Source: Alphaproteobacteria bacterium (GTDB lineage Bacteria; Pseudomonadota; Alphaproteobacteria; ATCC43930; CGMCC-115725). From it: 64,000 nucleotides of DNA. The notes beneath the pieces were generated by a model. It did not search any database, was not told where the DNA came from, and saw nothing but the letters and a program-made list of their open reading frames with translations. The translations under genes and the position numbers were made by a program. Below, piece by piece: positions 55,309-64,000 of the stretch (position 1 is its first letter; every line of letters begins with the position of its first letter). The DNA is taken from assembly GCA_030041385.1 (NCBI GenBank), contig JASHNY010000203.1:4458-68457 (forward strand), given 5' to 3'.

Positions 55309-56922
55309 ATGGATCGTCATGTCACCCGTCGCAATTTTGCGATCGGAGCTGGGGCGGCGGCGCTGGCCGCTGGGGTTCCGTGGCGCCGCGCCCAGGCCGC
55401 GGGGCAGACGACCTTGCGCTTCATCGCCCAGGCCGATCTGCGCGTGCTCGACCCGATATGGACCACCGCCTACGTCACCCGCAACCATGGCTATATGGTG
55501 TTCGACACGCTGTTCGCGCTCGACGACAAGTTCGTTCCGCACCCGCAGATGGTCGGGGATTACCACGTTTCGGCAGACAAGCTCACCTATAACTTCACCC
55601 TGCGCGACGGCCTCAAGTTTCATGACGGCCAGCCGGTGCGCGGCATCGACTGCACGACCTCGCTGAAGCGCTGGATGGCGCGCGACGCGCTCGGCCAATC
55701 GCTCGCCAAGGTGCTCGACACGATGGACGGGGACGGCGACGGGAAAAACTTTTCGATCAAATTGAAGACGCCGTTTCCCCTGCTGCTCGATGGGCTCGCC
55801 AAGGTGTCGACGCTGGTGCCGTTCATCATGCCGGAGCGGCTGGCCAAGACAGACCCGTTCACCCAGGTCACCGAGATGGTCGGCTCCGGCCCGTTCAAGT
55901 TCGTCAAGGCGGAGTTCCAGCCCGGCAACAAAGTGGTCTATGAAAAGAACCCCGATTACGTCCCGCGCAAGGAGCCGCCGAATTGGGCCTCGGGCGGCAA
56001 GGTGGTCAAGGTCGACCGCTGCGAATGGCTCTACGTGCCTGACAAGACGACCGCCGCGGCCTCGCTCAACGCCGGCGAGGTCGATTGGTGGGAAGACCCG
56101 CCCACCGACCTGTTGCCGCTATTGACCGCCAACCCCGACGTGACCGTCGCCAATTACGATCCGCTGGGGATCATGACGATGGTGCGGTTCAACTTTCTCT
56201 ATCCGCCGTTCAACAACCCCAAGATGCGCCAGGCGGTGCTGTCGGTCACCAACCAGGCCGATTTCATGGCCGCGGTGGCCGGCGACAAGAAGAACTGGCA
56301 GGTGTGCGCGTCGTTTTTCGCCTGCGACACGCCGATGGCCAACGATGCCGGATCGACGGCGCTCACCGGGCCGCGCGATTTCGCCAAGGCCAAGAAGCTG
56401 ATCGCCGAGGCCGGCTACAAGGGCGAGAAGATCGTCGTGCTCGACGGGGTCGATATCGCCGTTCCCCACACGCAGGCGCTGGTTGTCGCCGACCTGATGA
56501 AAAAGCTCGGCCTCAACGTCGATATCCAGGCGATGGACTGGGGGCAGGAGGTCACCCGCCGCGCCTCCAAGAAGCCGCCCGAGCAGGGCGGGTGGAACGT
56601 GTTCGGCACCGGCTGGGTCGGCGCCGACATGCTCGACCCGACCGTGAACCAGGCACTGCGCGCCAATGGCGACCAGGCCTGGTTCGGCTGGCCCAGCGAC
56701 GACAAGATCGAGAAATTGCGCGCCGAATGGGTCGCCGCCACCGACGAGGCAACGCGAAAGCAGCTGGCGGTGCAATTGCAGGAACGCGCGTTCGAGTTCG
56801 TGCCCTATGTGCCGACCGGCGAGTTCATGCAAAAAACCGCCTATCGCAAGACGGTCAAGGGCCGCATCCTCGCCCCGGCGATCCTGATGTGGAACGTCGA
56901 GAAGACGGAAAAGCCGACCTGA
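55309..56922 (+). CDS. ABC transporter substrate-binding protein, family 5 (peptide/nickel/opine type), orphan
   Basis: Tat-like signal MDRHVTRRNFAIGAGAAALAAGVPWRRAQA and a family-5 SBP layout. No permease or ATPase genes adjacent. Confidence 0.85.
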   Translation: MDRHVTRRNFAIGAGAAALAAGVPWRRAQAAGQTTLRFIAQADLRVLDPIWTTAYVTRNHGYMVFDTLFALDDKFVPHPQMVGDYHVSADKLTYNFTLRDGLKFHDGQPVRGIDCTTSLKRWMARDALGQSLAKVLDTMDGDGDGKNFSIKLKTPFPLLLDGLAKVSTLVPFIMPERLAKTDPFTQVTEMVGSGPFKFVKAEFQPGNKVVYEKNPDYVPRKEPPNWASGGKVVKVDRCEWLYVPDKTTAAASLNAGEVDWWEDPPTDLLPLLTANPDVTVANYDPLGIMTMVRFNFLYPPFNNPKMRQAVLSVTNQADFMAAVAGDKKNWQVCASFFACDTPMANDAGSTALTGPRDFAKAKKLIAEAGYKGEKIVVLDGVDIAVPHTQALVVADLMKKLGLNVDIQAMDWGQEVTRRASKKPPEQGGWNVFGTGWVGADMLDPTVNQALRANGDQAWFGWPSDDKIEKLRAEWVAATDEATRKQLAVQLQERAFEFVPYVPTGEFMQKTAYRKTVKGRILAPAILMWNVEKTEKPT

Positions 56923-56948
56923 CCGTCGCGCCGGCCGCCAGCCGCGCG

Positions 56949-57497
56949 CTATTTCTCCAGCGGTTTGGCGCCGGGCGGGACCGGCACCTCGAACACGTTG
57001 AGGGTGACCGAGACGAACGAGTAGTAGCCGATCAGCCCGGCGAGATCGACGACGCCGCGCCGGCCCCAGCGGGCCTCGACGCGCGCGAAGGTCGCGTCGT
57101 CGACGCGGTGGTCGCGGTAATAGGCATGGGCGAAATCGTAGACGAGGCGGTCGTCCGGGTCGGGGAAATCGGGGGTGCGGCGCGCGGCGATCGCATCGAT
57201 CTGGTCCTGCGTCAATCCGGCCTGAAGCGCCAGGCGCACATGCGCCGCCCATTCGAACTCGGCGGTCCAATAACGCGCCGTGCACAGGATCGCGATCTCG
57301 GTCTGCTTGGGCGTGAACGGCGTGGCGAAGCGGACATGCGCGCCGAGCTTGTGCGCGTTGTCGGCAAGGCCGGGGCTCGCCAGCCACACATGCACCGGCG
57401 GCGGCACCGCGCCGCGCGGCCCGGATTTGCAATCGTTGAAGACGCGACGCTGTTCGGCGTCGAGCTCGGCCTCGTCGAGCGGGCGGTAGCGGGGCAT
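56949..57497 (-). CDS. Carboxymuconolactone decarboxylase (AhpD-like) family protein
   Basis: 182 aa. TEIAILCTARYWTAEFEWAAHVRLAL is typical of the CMD family. Confidence 0.75.
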   Translation of the reverse strand: MPRYRPLDEAELDAEQRRVFNDCKSGPRGAVPPPVHVWLASPGLADNAHKLGAHVRFATPFTPKQTEIAILCTARYWTAEFEWAAHVRLALQAGLTQDQIDAIAARRTPDFPDPDDRLVYDFAHAYYRDHRVDDATFARVEARWGRRGVVDLAGLIGYYSFVSVTLNVFEVPVPPGAKPLEK

Positions 57498-57580
57498 GTT
57501 CGCAATTCTCCGGCGTTGGCAAAAGAGCGTGCGATCATACGGTGCGGCGCGCCGGTGTCAGCAGCCAGGATGAGCCGGGC

Positions 57581-57666
57581 TTCACCACGAAGGCGCGAAG
57601 GCCAGGCGGCGCAAAGCGATACGCGTCGAATAATCCCTCCGTGTTCTCCCTGTCTCCGTGGTGAAA
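57581..57666. repeat. Short (86-bp) copy of the same inverted-repeat element family as 42905-43136
   Basis: Termini TTCACCACG (57581-57589) and CGTGGTGAA (57658-57666). The right end CCTCCGTGTTCTCCCTGTCTCCGTGGTGAAAT parallels CCTCCGTGTCTTCGTGGTGAAAT at 43116-43138. Ends 32 nt before the next start codon. Confidence 0.45.
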
Positions 57667-57698
57667 TCAGCGGGTCGGGCGATCGCAGGAGGTGAGGG

Positions 57699-58676
<978 letters not shown>

Positions 58677-58724
58677 CTGTGTTACTCCATCGCCCCCGCG
58701 AAGGCGGCGGCGCGCGACGGAGAT

Positions 58725-59432
58725 TTACCGATGCCTCAGCAACACATCGCGGGCCCGGTTAATCTTGCCCGCGAGGTAGTCGCTGCCGCCGTGGTCGGGG
58801 TGCAATTGCTTCATCAGCCGGTGGTGCGCCTCGCGGATCGCGGCGGCGTCGGCGCCGGGCGACAGGCCGAGGATGGCATAGGCCTCCTCGACCGACATGT
58901 CGGCGCCGGCAGGGCGCGACCCGTCGCCTGATCGCGGGCCGGCGCCGCCGGCGAGGTCGTCGCGCCAGTCGGGCTCGGCGCGGTCGAGATAGGCTTCGAT
59001 CAGCCGGGCGCCTTCTTCGTCGCTGGCGCGGCATTCACGCAACAGTGCAAGCAATTCCGCGCGGCCCAGCTCCTCGATCCGCATGCCGGCGAAGCGGCCC
59101 TGCAATACCGTGCCGGTCATCGTGCCGGTGTCGTGGTCGAGGCTCATCCGCAAATAGGGTGTGCTCACGTCCGAGCGCCGCCCGGCGGACGGGCCGCGCG
59201 CTTTGACAAACAGCGAACGGAACCGGCGCCAGGCCGGCAACCCGATCGCCAGCGGCAGCCACAACACGGCGAAACGTTCGGAAAGCAGCAGCACGACGAA
59301 CAGTATTGCAGCCGCGGTGATTACCGTCCATTTCAGCGTGCGAGCAAGGACTTGCGGGTCGGCGTTGACAAAAAGGTAGAGCACGAGCAGCAGCCCGCCC
59401 AGGATCGCCAAGCCGCCCAGCAGAAAGAGCAT
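58725..59432 (-). CDS. Membrane-anchored J-domain protein (DjlA/Tim14-like topology)
   Basis: Three N-terminal hydrophobic segments and a C-terminal J domain EEAYAILGLSPGADAAAIREAHHRLMKQLHPDHGG with the HPD motif. Confidence 0.8.
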   Translation of the reverse strand: MLFLLGGLAILGGLLLVLYLFVNADPQVLARTLKWTVITAAAILFVVLLLSERFAVLWLPLAIGLPAWRRFRSLFVKARGPSAGRRSDVSTPYLRMSLDHDTGTMTGTVLQGRFAGMRIEELGRAELLALLRECRASDEEGARLIEAYLDRAEPDWRDDLAGGAGPRSGDGSRPAGADMSVEEAYAILGLSPGADAAAIREAHHRLMKQLHPDHGGSDYLAGKINRARDVLLRHR

Positions 59433-59442
59433 CGTCGCCGCG

Positions 59443-60168
59443 TCAGTTGCGCAACTGTGCCGTCAGCCGCAGGATTTCCCCGCCTTTCTTCTCGCCGTAC
59501 GCGGCCAGCGCGCGGTAGCCGCCGGCAGCATAAACCGCGACCGCCGCCAGCAATTCCTTGAGCCGGCCGGCGCTCGTCAGGTCGAAACCGAGATAGGCGC
59601 CGTGCGACAGGGTCGCGATCTGCCGGAACGTCGCGGCCGCGCGCGGATCGTTGCCTTCGTGAAAGACGAAGACCGGCACCCCGAGCAGGCCGAGCTCGCC
59701 GGCGAGCTGGCACAGGCGGTCCGCCGCTTCCTCCATCGCGTCGCCGACGAAGACCAGGGCGTTGACCTTGTGCTGGCGTGTCTCGGCGATTGCGTGGTCG
59801 AGCACCCGTTCGATCTGGGTTTCCCCGCCGCGGCAGCTGACCGCCCGCATCGCCCGGTGCAAGTCCGCAGATGTGGTCATCCAACGGCTTGCCTTGCACT
59901 CGTTGAAGCCGCGATAGAACACGAGCTTGACGTCGAGCCCGCCGAGTGCGGCCGTCGCCTCGAACATCTCGCCCTGGATGCGGCAGGCGCGGTCCCAGCT
60001 CGGCTCGCGGCTGGCGGTGGCGTCGAGCGCGAAGATCAGCCGCCCGCGCGCACCGGACGGGCGCGTCGCCGGGGCCTTGTGGAGATCGCGCAGAAACGCA
60101 TCGACCTCGGCCGATCTGGATTGTTCCGGGAGGTTCCTGCCGTTTTCGCTCACGCCGGTTTCAGCCAC
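59443..60168 (-). CDS. Small vWA-domain protein
   Basis: MIDAS-like LIFALDATAS plus VFVGDAMEE. GTG start at 60168, or GTG at 60153, which would overlap the upstream stop as GTGA. Either start overlaps the molybdoenzyme gene. Confidence 0.7.
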   Translation of the reverse strand: MAETGVSENGRNLPEQSRSAEVDAFLRDLHKAPATRPSGARGRLIFALDATASREPSWDRACRIQGEMFEATAALGGLDVKLVFYRGFNECKASRWMTTSADLHRAMRAVSCRGGETQIERVLDHAIAETRQHKVNALVFVGDAMEEAADRLCQLAGELGLLGVPVFVFHEGNDPRAAATFRQIATLSHGAYLGFDLTSAGRLKELLAAVAVYAAGGYRALAAYGEKKGGEILRLTAQLRN

Positions 60169-62231
60169 ACCGAGGTGTCATGAAAGACCCCGCCGCCGCT
60201 CGGCAACCCCGGTTCGGCGCTGGTCAGAAGGTTGATGCCGATGCCATCCTCGAAGGCGTGGTTGGGCCACAGCCCCTCGACCACGACGACGCGCGGCTGC
60301 AATCCGTCGAAGGCGCGGGCATGGACGACGACGCTGCCCTTCTTGTTGCCGATCCGCACCCGGGCGCCGTCGCCGATCCCGAGACGCGCCAGTGCCTTCG
60401 GGTGGATCATCGCGGTCGGCCGCCCCTCACGGGCGATGCCGGACGGCGTGTTGTTGAAGCTGGTATTGAGAAACGACCTGGAAGGGGCTGGCACCATTCG
60501 GAATGGATGCGCCGGATCGCCGTCGTCGGTGATTGCGACGTGGTCGGGAAATTCGGGCAGTTCGCCATAGAACGGCCCCAAGCCCCGCCAATCGGCGCGG
60601 AAGTGGAATTTCCCGTCGGCGTGGCCAAACCCGTCGAGGAAATGGCCGGTCTCGAAACCCGGCCAGAAATCGCGCCACACCCCTTCGTCAAAACCGTCGC
60701 GGCCGGGCAGCCCGCTCGCGCGCAGGGTCTCGTCGATCATGTCCGCCGCGCTAATGTCGAAGCCATGGTGCCGTGCGCCGAGGCGCTGGGCGAGGGCGCA
60801 CAGCATGTCGTGATTGGACCGGCACTCGGCGTAGGGCGGCACAACCGGGCGGCTGATCTGCAGATAGGTGTGGGCGCCGGCGGTGTAGAGGTCGTCATGT
60901 TCGAGAAATGTCGTCGCCGGCAAAACGATGTCGGCCATTGCGGCGGTTTCGGTCAAAAACTGCTCGTGCACGCAGACGAACAGATCGTCGCGGCGAAAAC
61001 CGCGGTGGACCAGAGCCGATTCAGGCGCGACGACCATCGGATTGGTGTTCTGGATCAACAGCGCGGTCACCGGCGGCCCGTCGCCGAGGTCGCGCCGGTC
61101 GCCGCACAGCACCGGGCCGATGCGGCACTGGTCAAGCAGCCGCACCGATGGGTCAAAGCGGTCGAGCCCCTCGATCAAGGTGCGGTCGATCGGCACCAGC
61201 CCGTGGTTCGAGTAATGCGCCCCGCCCCCTTCGTATTGCCACGCCCCGGTCACCGCCGGCAGGCACAGTGCGGCAAACATCTGCGCCGCGCCGTTGCGCG
61301 AGCGGGAAAAGCCGTAACCGAAGCGGATAAAGCTGCGCCGGGTGCGGCCGTAGAGCCGGGCGAAATCGGTGATCGCCGCGGCATCGAGCCCGGTGATCGC
61401 GGCGGCCCATTCGGGGGTGCGCGTGCTCAGGTGCGCTTCCAGCCCGGCGGGGTCGTCGGTATAGCGCGCGAGATAGGCACGGTCGGCGAAACCCTCGGCA
61501 AACAGCACGTGCATGACCGCGCAGGCGAGCGCGCCGTCGGTGCCGGGCAGCAGCGCGAGGTGAAGGTCGGCAATCTCGGCGGTGCCGGTGCGGTAGGGGT
61601 CGATCACCACCAATTTGGCGCCGCGTTCCCTGCGGGCCTTGGCGATGTGCGTCATCGCGTTGACCTGGGTCGAGACCGGGTTGCCGCCCCACACGATGAT
61701 CAGGTCGGATCTGGCCATCTCGCGCCCATCGACGCCGCGCTTCGCGCCGACCCCGACGAGCCAGCCGACATCGCTCAGCCGGTTGCAGATGGTCAAATCC
61801 TCGCGCGAATAGCGCATCACGTGGCGCAGCCGGTTGAGCCCGTCGCGCTGCACGAGGCCCATCGTGCCGGCGTAGTAGTAGGGCCATACCGTTTCGCTGC
61901 CGTGGCGCTGCGCCGCCAGGGTCAGGCGCTCGGCCACCTCGTCGAGCGCGTCGTTCCAGGAAATCGGGCGGAACGCGTCGTGCCCGCCGCCCTTCTCGCC
62001 GACCCGCCTGAGCGGCACGGCCAGGCGCGCGGGGTGGTGTTGCCGCTCGGTATAGCGGGCCACCTTGGCGCAGACGATCCCGTCGGTGTAGGTCTGGCCG
62101 CGGGCGCCGCGCACCCGCCCGATCCGGTCTTTGCCGATGCGTTCGACCTCGAGCGCGCAGGCGCTCGGGCAATCGTGCGGGCATACCGAATAGGCGGCGT
62201 CGGAAGACACGGCATCGAGCGGCAAGAGCAT
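60150..62231 (-). CDS. Molybdopterin-dependent oxidoreductase (MopB superfamily, cytoplasmic; substrate unknown)
   Basis: ATG at 62231 after GAGGAG. N-terminal 4Fe-4S motif CPHDCPSAC with no Tat signal; LIIVWGGNPVSTQVN is typical of bis-MGD enzymes. Confidence 0.85.
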   Translation of the reverse strand: MLLPLDAVSSDAAYSVCPHDCPSACALEVERIGKDRIGRVRGARGQTYTDGIVCAKVARYTERQHHPARLAVPLRRVGEKGGGHDAFRPISWNDALDEVAERLTLAAQRHGSETVWPYYYAGTMGLVQRDGLNRLRHVMRYSREDLTICNRLSDVGWLVGVGAKRGVDGREMARSDLIIVWGGNPVSTQVNAMTHIAKARRERGAKLVVIDPYRTGTAEIADLHLALLPGTDGALACAVMHVLFAEGFADRAYLARYTDDPAGLEAHLSTRTPEWAAAITGLDAAAITDFARLYGRTRRSFIRFGYGFSRSRNGAAQMFAALCLPAVTGAWQYEGGGAHYSNHGLVPIDRTLIEGLDRFDPSVRLLDQCRIGPVLCGDRRDLGDGPPVTALLIQNTNPMVVAPESALVHRGFRRDDLFVCVHEQFLTETAAMADIVLPATTFLEHDDLYTAGAHTYLQISRPVVPPYAECRSNHDMLCALAQRLGARHHGFDISAADMIDETLRASGLPGRDGFDEGVWRDFWPGFETGHFLDGFGHADGKFHFRADWRGLGPFYGELPEFPDHVAITDDGDPAHPFRMVPAPSRSFLNTSFNNTPSGIAREGRPTAMIHPKALARLGIGDGARVRIGNKKGSVVVHARAFDGLQPRVVVVEGLWPNHAFEDGIGINLLTSAEPGLPSGGGVFHDTSVWLKPA

Positions 62232-62409
62232 ACTCCTCGACCAGAATCGCCGCAGGATATCAGCATCGGCGGAGGCCGGTCGATATCGCGTTCCTCTCGA
62301 GCCGCAACAGATGCCGCGCGCCAGCGGGGGCGAAGCGGACTCAATTCCCGCCTTCTCTGCGTGTAGTCTGCGGCCTCTGCGGTAAAATGCCGTTTTTCCG
62401 GAGCGTCCG

Positions 62410-63585
62410 ATGAGCTTTGCGTTAACCGAGGAACAGAAGGAAATCCGTGACGCCGTGGCGCGGTTGTGCACGCGCTTCGACGACGGCTATTGGCTGGCGA
62501 AGGACACCGAGGGCGGCTTTCCGCACGAATTCCACCAGGCGATGGCCGAAGGCGGCTGGCTCGGCGTGGCGATGCCCGAGGAATTTGGCGGCAGCGGCCT
62601 CGGCATCACCGAGGCGGCGATCGTGATGCAGGCGGTGGCGCAGTCGGGGGCCGGGTTTTCGGGCGCTTCGGCCGTGCACATGAACATTTTCGGCCTGCAC
62701 CCGGTCGTCGTATTCGGCACCGCCGAGCAGCAGCAGCGCTGGCTGCCGCCGCTGATCGCCGGGAAGGAGAAGGCGTGCTTTGCCGTCACCGAGCCTGATG
62801 TCGGGCTCGACACGACCCGGATAAAGACGCGCGCGATCCGCGAGGGCAACGGCTATGTGATCAACGGCCGCAAGATCTGGACCTCGACCGCCCAGGTCAC
62901 CGAGAAGATGCTGATCCTGACGCGCACGACGCCGTTCGAGGAATCGGCGCGCCCGTCGCACGGGATGACCCTGTTTTATACCGATCTCGACCGCAATGCC
63001 GTCGAGGTGCGGGAAATTCCGAAAATGGGCCGCCACGCGGTCGATTCGAACATGCTGTTCATCGACGGGCTCAAAGTGCCGCTTGAGGACCGGATCGGCG
63101 AGGAGGGCAGGGGGTTTCAATACATCCTGCACGGCATGAACCCTGAGCGCATATTGATTGCCGCCGAAGCGGTGGGGCTCGGCCGTGCGGCGCTCGCCCG
63201 CGCCGCCCGCTACGCCGGCGAGCGCATCGTCTTTGGCCGGCCGATCGGCCAGAACCAGGGCATTCAGCATCCGCTCGCCGAGCGCTGGGTTGAGCTTGAA
63301 GCCGCCGAGCTGCTGGTGCTGCGGGCCGCAGCCGCCTACGACGCGCACGAGAAATCGGAACTCGTGGGCGCCTATGCCAACGCCGCCAAATACTATGCCG
63401 GAGAGGCCGGCGCACGCGCCTGCGAGACCGCGATGCTGACCCATGGCGGCATGGGCTACGCCAAGGAATTCCATGTCGAGCGCTATTTCCGCGAGGCCCA
63501 GATCGCGCGCATCGCGCCGGTCATGGCGCAACTGATCCTGTCGAATATCGGCGAGCGCGTACTGGGCTTGCCGAAATCGTATTAG
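62410..63585 (+). CDS. Acyl-CoA dehydrogenase
   Basis: CFAVTEPDVGLDTTRIKT, and HGGMGYAKEFHVERYFREAQIARIAP. Confidence 0.9.
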   Translation: MSFALTEEQKEIRDAVARLCTRFDDGYWLAKDTEGGFPHEFHQAMAEGGWLGVAMPEEFGGSGLGITEAAIVMQAVAQSGAGFSGASAVHMNIFGLHPVVVFGTAEQQQRWLPPLIAGKEKACFAVTEPDVGLDTTRIKTRAIREGNGYVINGRKIWTSTAQVTEKMLILTRTTPFEESARPSHGMTLFYTDLDRNAVEVREIPKMGRHAVDSNMLFIDGLKVPLEDRIGEEGRGFQYILHGMNPERILIAAEAVGLGRAALARAARYAGERIVFGRPIGQNQGIQHPLAERWVELEAAELLVLRAAAAYDAHEKSELVGAYANAAKYYAGEAGARACETAMLTHGGMGYAKEFHVERYFREAQIARIAPVMAQLILSNIGERVLGLPKSY

Positions 63586-63677
63586 GCCCGGAACCGGCGC
63601 CGGGGCATCCGCAGAGGCCTATGGCTCCGGATTGCCGCTGTCGCGGGAATGACGACCCGCCTCGACCCGCCGAAGCC

Positions 63678-64000
63678 CTAATATCCCGGCGGGTAGTAGT
63701 AAGGAGGTGGGTAGTAGGCGGTGGTCGGTTGGGCATAGGCCGAGGCTGTCGCTGCGCCGACCGCCGCGCCGGCGACGGCGGCGCCAGCCACGGCGGCTCC
63801 GCTGTAACCCGGGGCTACGACCACTGCCCCGCCATAATAGCCTCCATGGTATCCGCCATATCCGCCATAGGCAGTGCCGCCATAGGCGCCGTGCGCGGCC
63901 CACGATCCGCCGCCGCCATAGGCCGTGCCGCCATAGGCGCCGTGCGCCGACCAGGAGCCGGGGGTTCCGGACGCCGTGCCGCCACGGAAGCCGCTCGCGC
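63678..64000 (-). CDS. Gly/Tyr-rich protein with a glycine-zipper-like segment; C-terminal part only (5' end beyond the window); not in the supplied ORF track
   Basis: Hand translation of the minus strand ending at TAG (63678-63680): ...GFRGGTASGTPGSWSAHGAYGGTAYGGGGSWAAHGAYGGTAYGGYGGYHGGYYGGAVVVAPGYSGAAVAGAAVAGAAVGAATASAYAQPTTAYYPPPYYYPPGY. Third codon positions are GC-rich. The listed ORF 63619..63903 is in another frame and is Arg-rich. Confidence 0.5.
   Translation of the reverse strand, partial: ASGFRGGTASGTPGSWSAHGAYGGTAYGGGGSWAAHGAYGGTAYGGYGGYHGGYYGGAVVVAPGYSGAAVAGAAVAGAAVGAATASAYAQPTTAYYPPPYYYPPGY

Noticed and set aside
59946-62366. 806-aa plus-strand ORF
   Set aside because: Antisense to the molybdopterin oxidoreductase, whose frame carries the CPHDCPSAC cluster motif. 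The plus-frame product is Arg/Gly/Ala/Pro-rich low-complexity sequence with no recognisable motif.

Overview
High-GC (roughly two-thirds G+C by eye), gene-dense chromosomal segment. Its gene content, 1-4 nt start/stop overlaps and palindromic intergenic repeat families look alphaproteobacterial (Rhizobiales/Rhodospirillales-like); I cannot place it more precisely. I can support about 57 protein-coding genes, one gene remnant and several intergenic repeat elements. I see no rRNA, tRNA, CRISPR array, transposase, integrase or phage genes. Blocks from left to right: (1) 1-4.5 kb, a CoA-dependent alicyclic/aromatic-acid beta-oxidation-like operon (MenB/BadI-type hydrolase, CoA ligase, crotonase, acyl-CoA dehydrogenase). 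(2) 4.6-17 kb, mixed redox and transport genes (lipoprotein, MFS plus an in-frame MFS remnant, LLM oxidoreductase, SBP, NudC, SDRs, GMC oxidoreductase, 2-hydroxyacid dehydrogenase, Eda, aldo/keto reductase). (3) 17.2-20.1 kb, a YkoP-like/GT2/AI-2E operon. (4) 20.1-25.8 kb, YihY and a Liv-type ABC importer with a fused ATPase. (5) 26-32.3 kb, a lower-GC-flanked surface-polysaccharide block (WbsX-like protein, 1047-aa multidomain glycosyltransferase, RTX-like repeat protein). (6) 32.4-35 kb, a VOC protein, an extreme Tyr/Gly/His-rich secreted protein and a TPP enzyme. (7) 35-41.7 kb, glgB-glgX-malQ. (8) 41.8-49 kb, an FAD oxidoreductase, ald, a methyltransferase, a MoxR/orf117/vWA module, tatA and a serine hydrolase. 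(9) 49.1-51 kb, minCDE. (10) 51.1-55.2 kb, a collinear queuosine cluster queA-tgt-orf62-queF-queG. (11) 55.3-64 kb, an SBP, a CMD-family protein, an aldo/keto reductase, a molybdopterin oxidoreductase/vWA/membrane J-protein string, an acyl-CoA dehydrogenase and a partial Gly/Tyr-rich gene at the window edge. This is mostly ordinary core genome. The best candidates for an uncharacterised system are the MoxR-orf117-vWA three-gene module (44995-47381) and the MopB-vWA-J-domain string (58725-62231). Neither has hallmarks that let me assign a function. All family calls rest on motif recognition by eye in the supplied translations; no searches were run.
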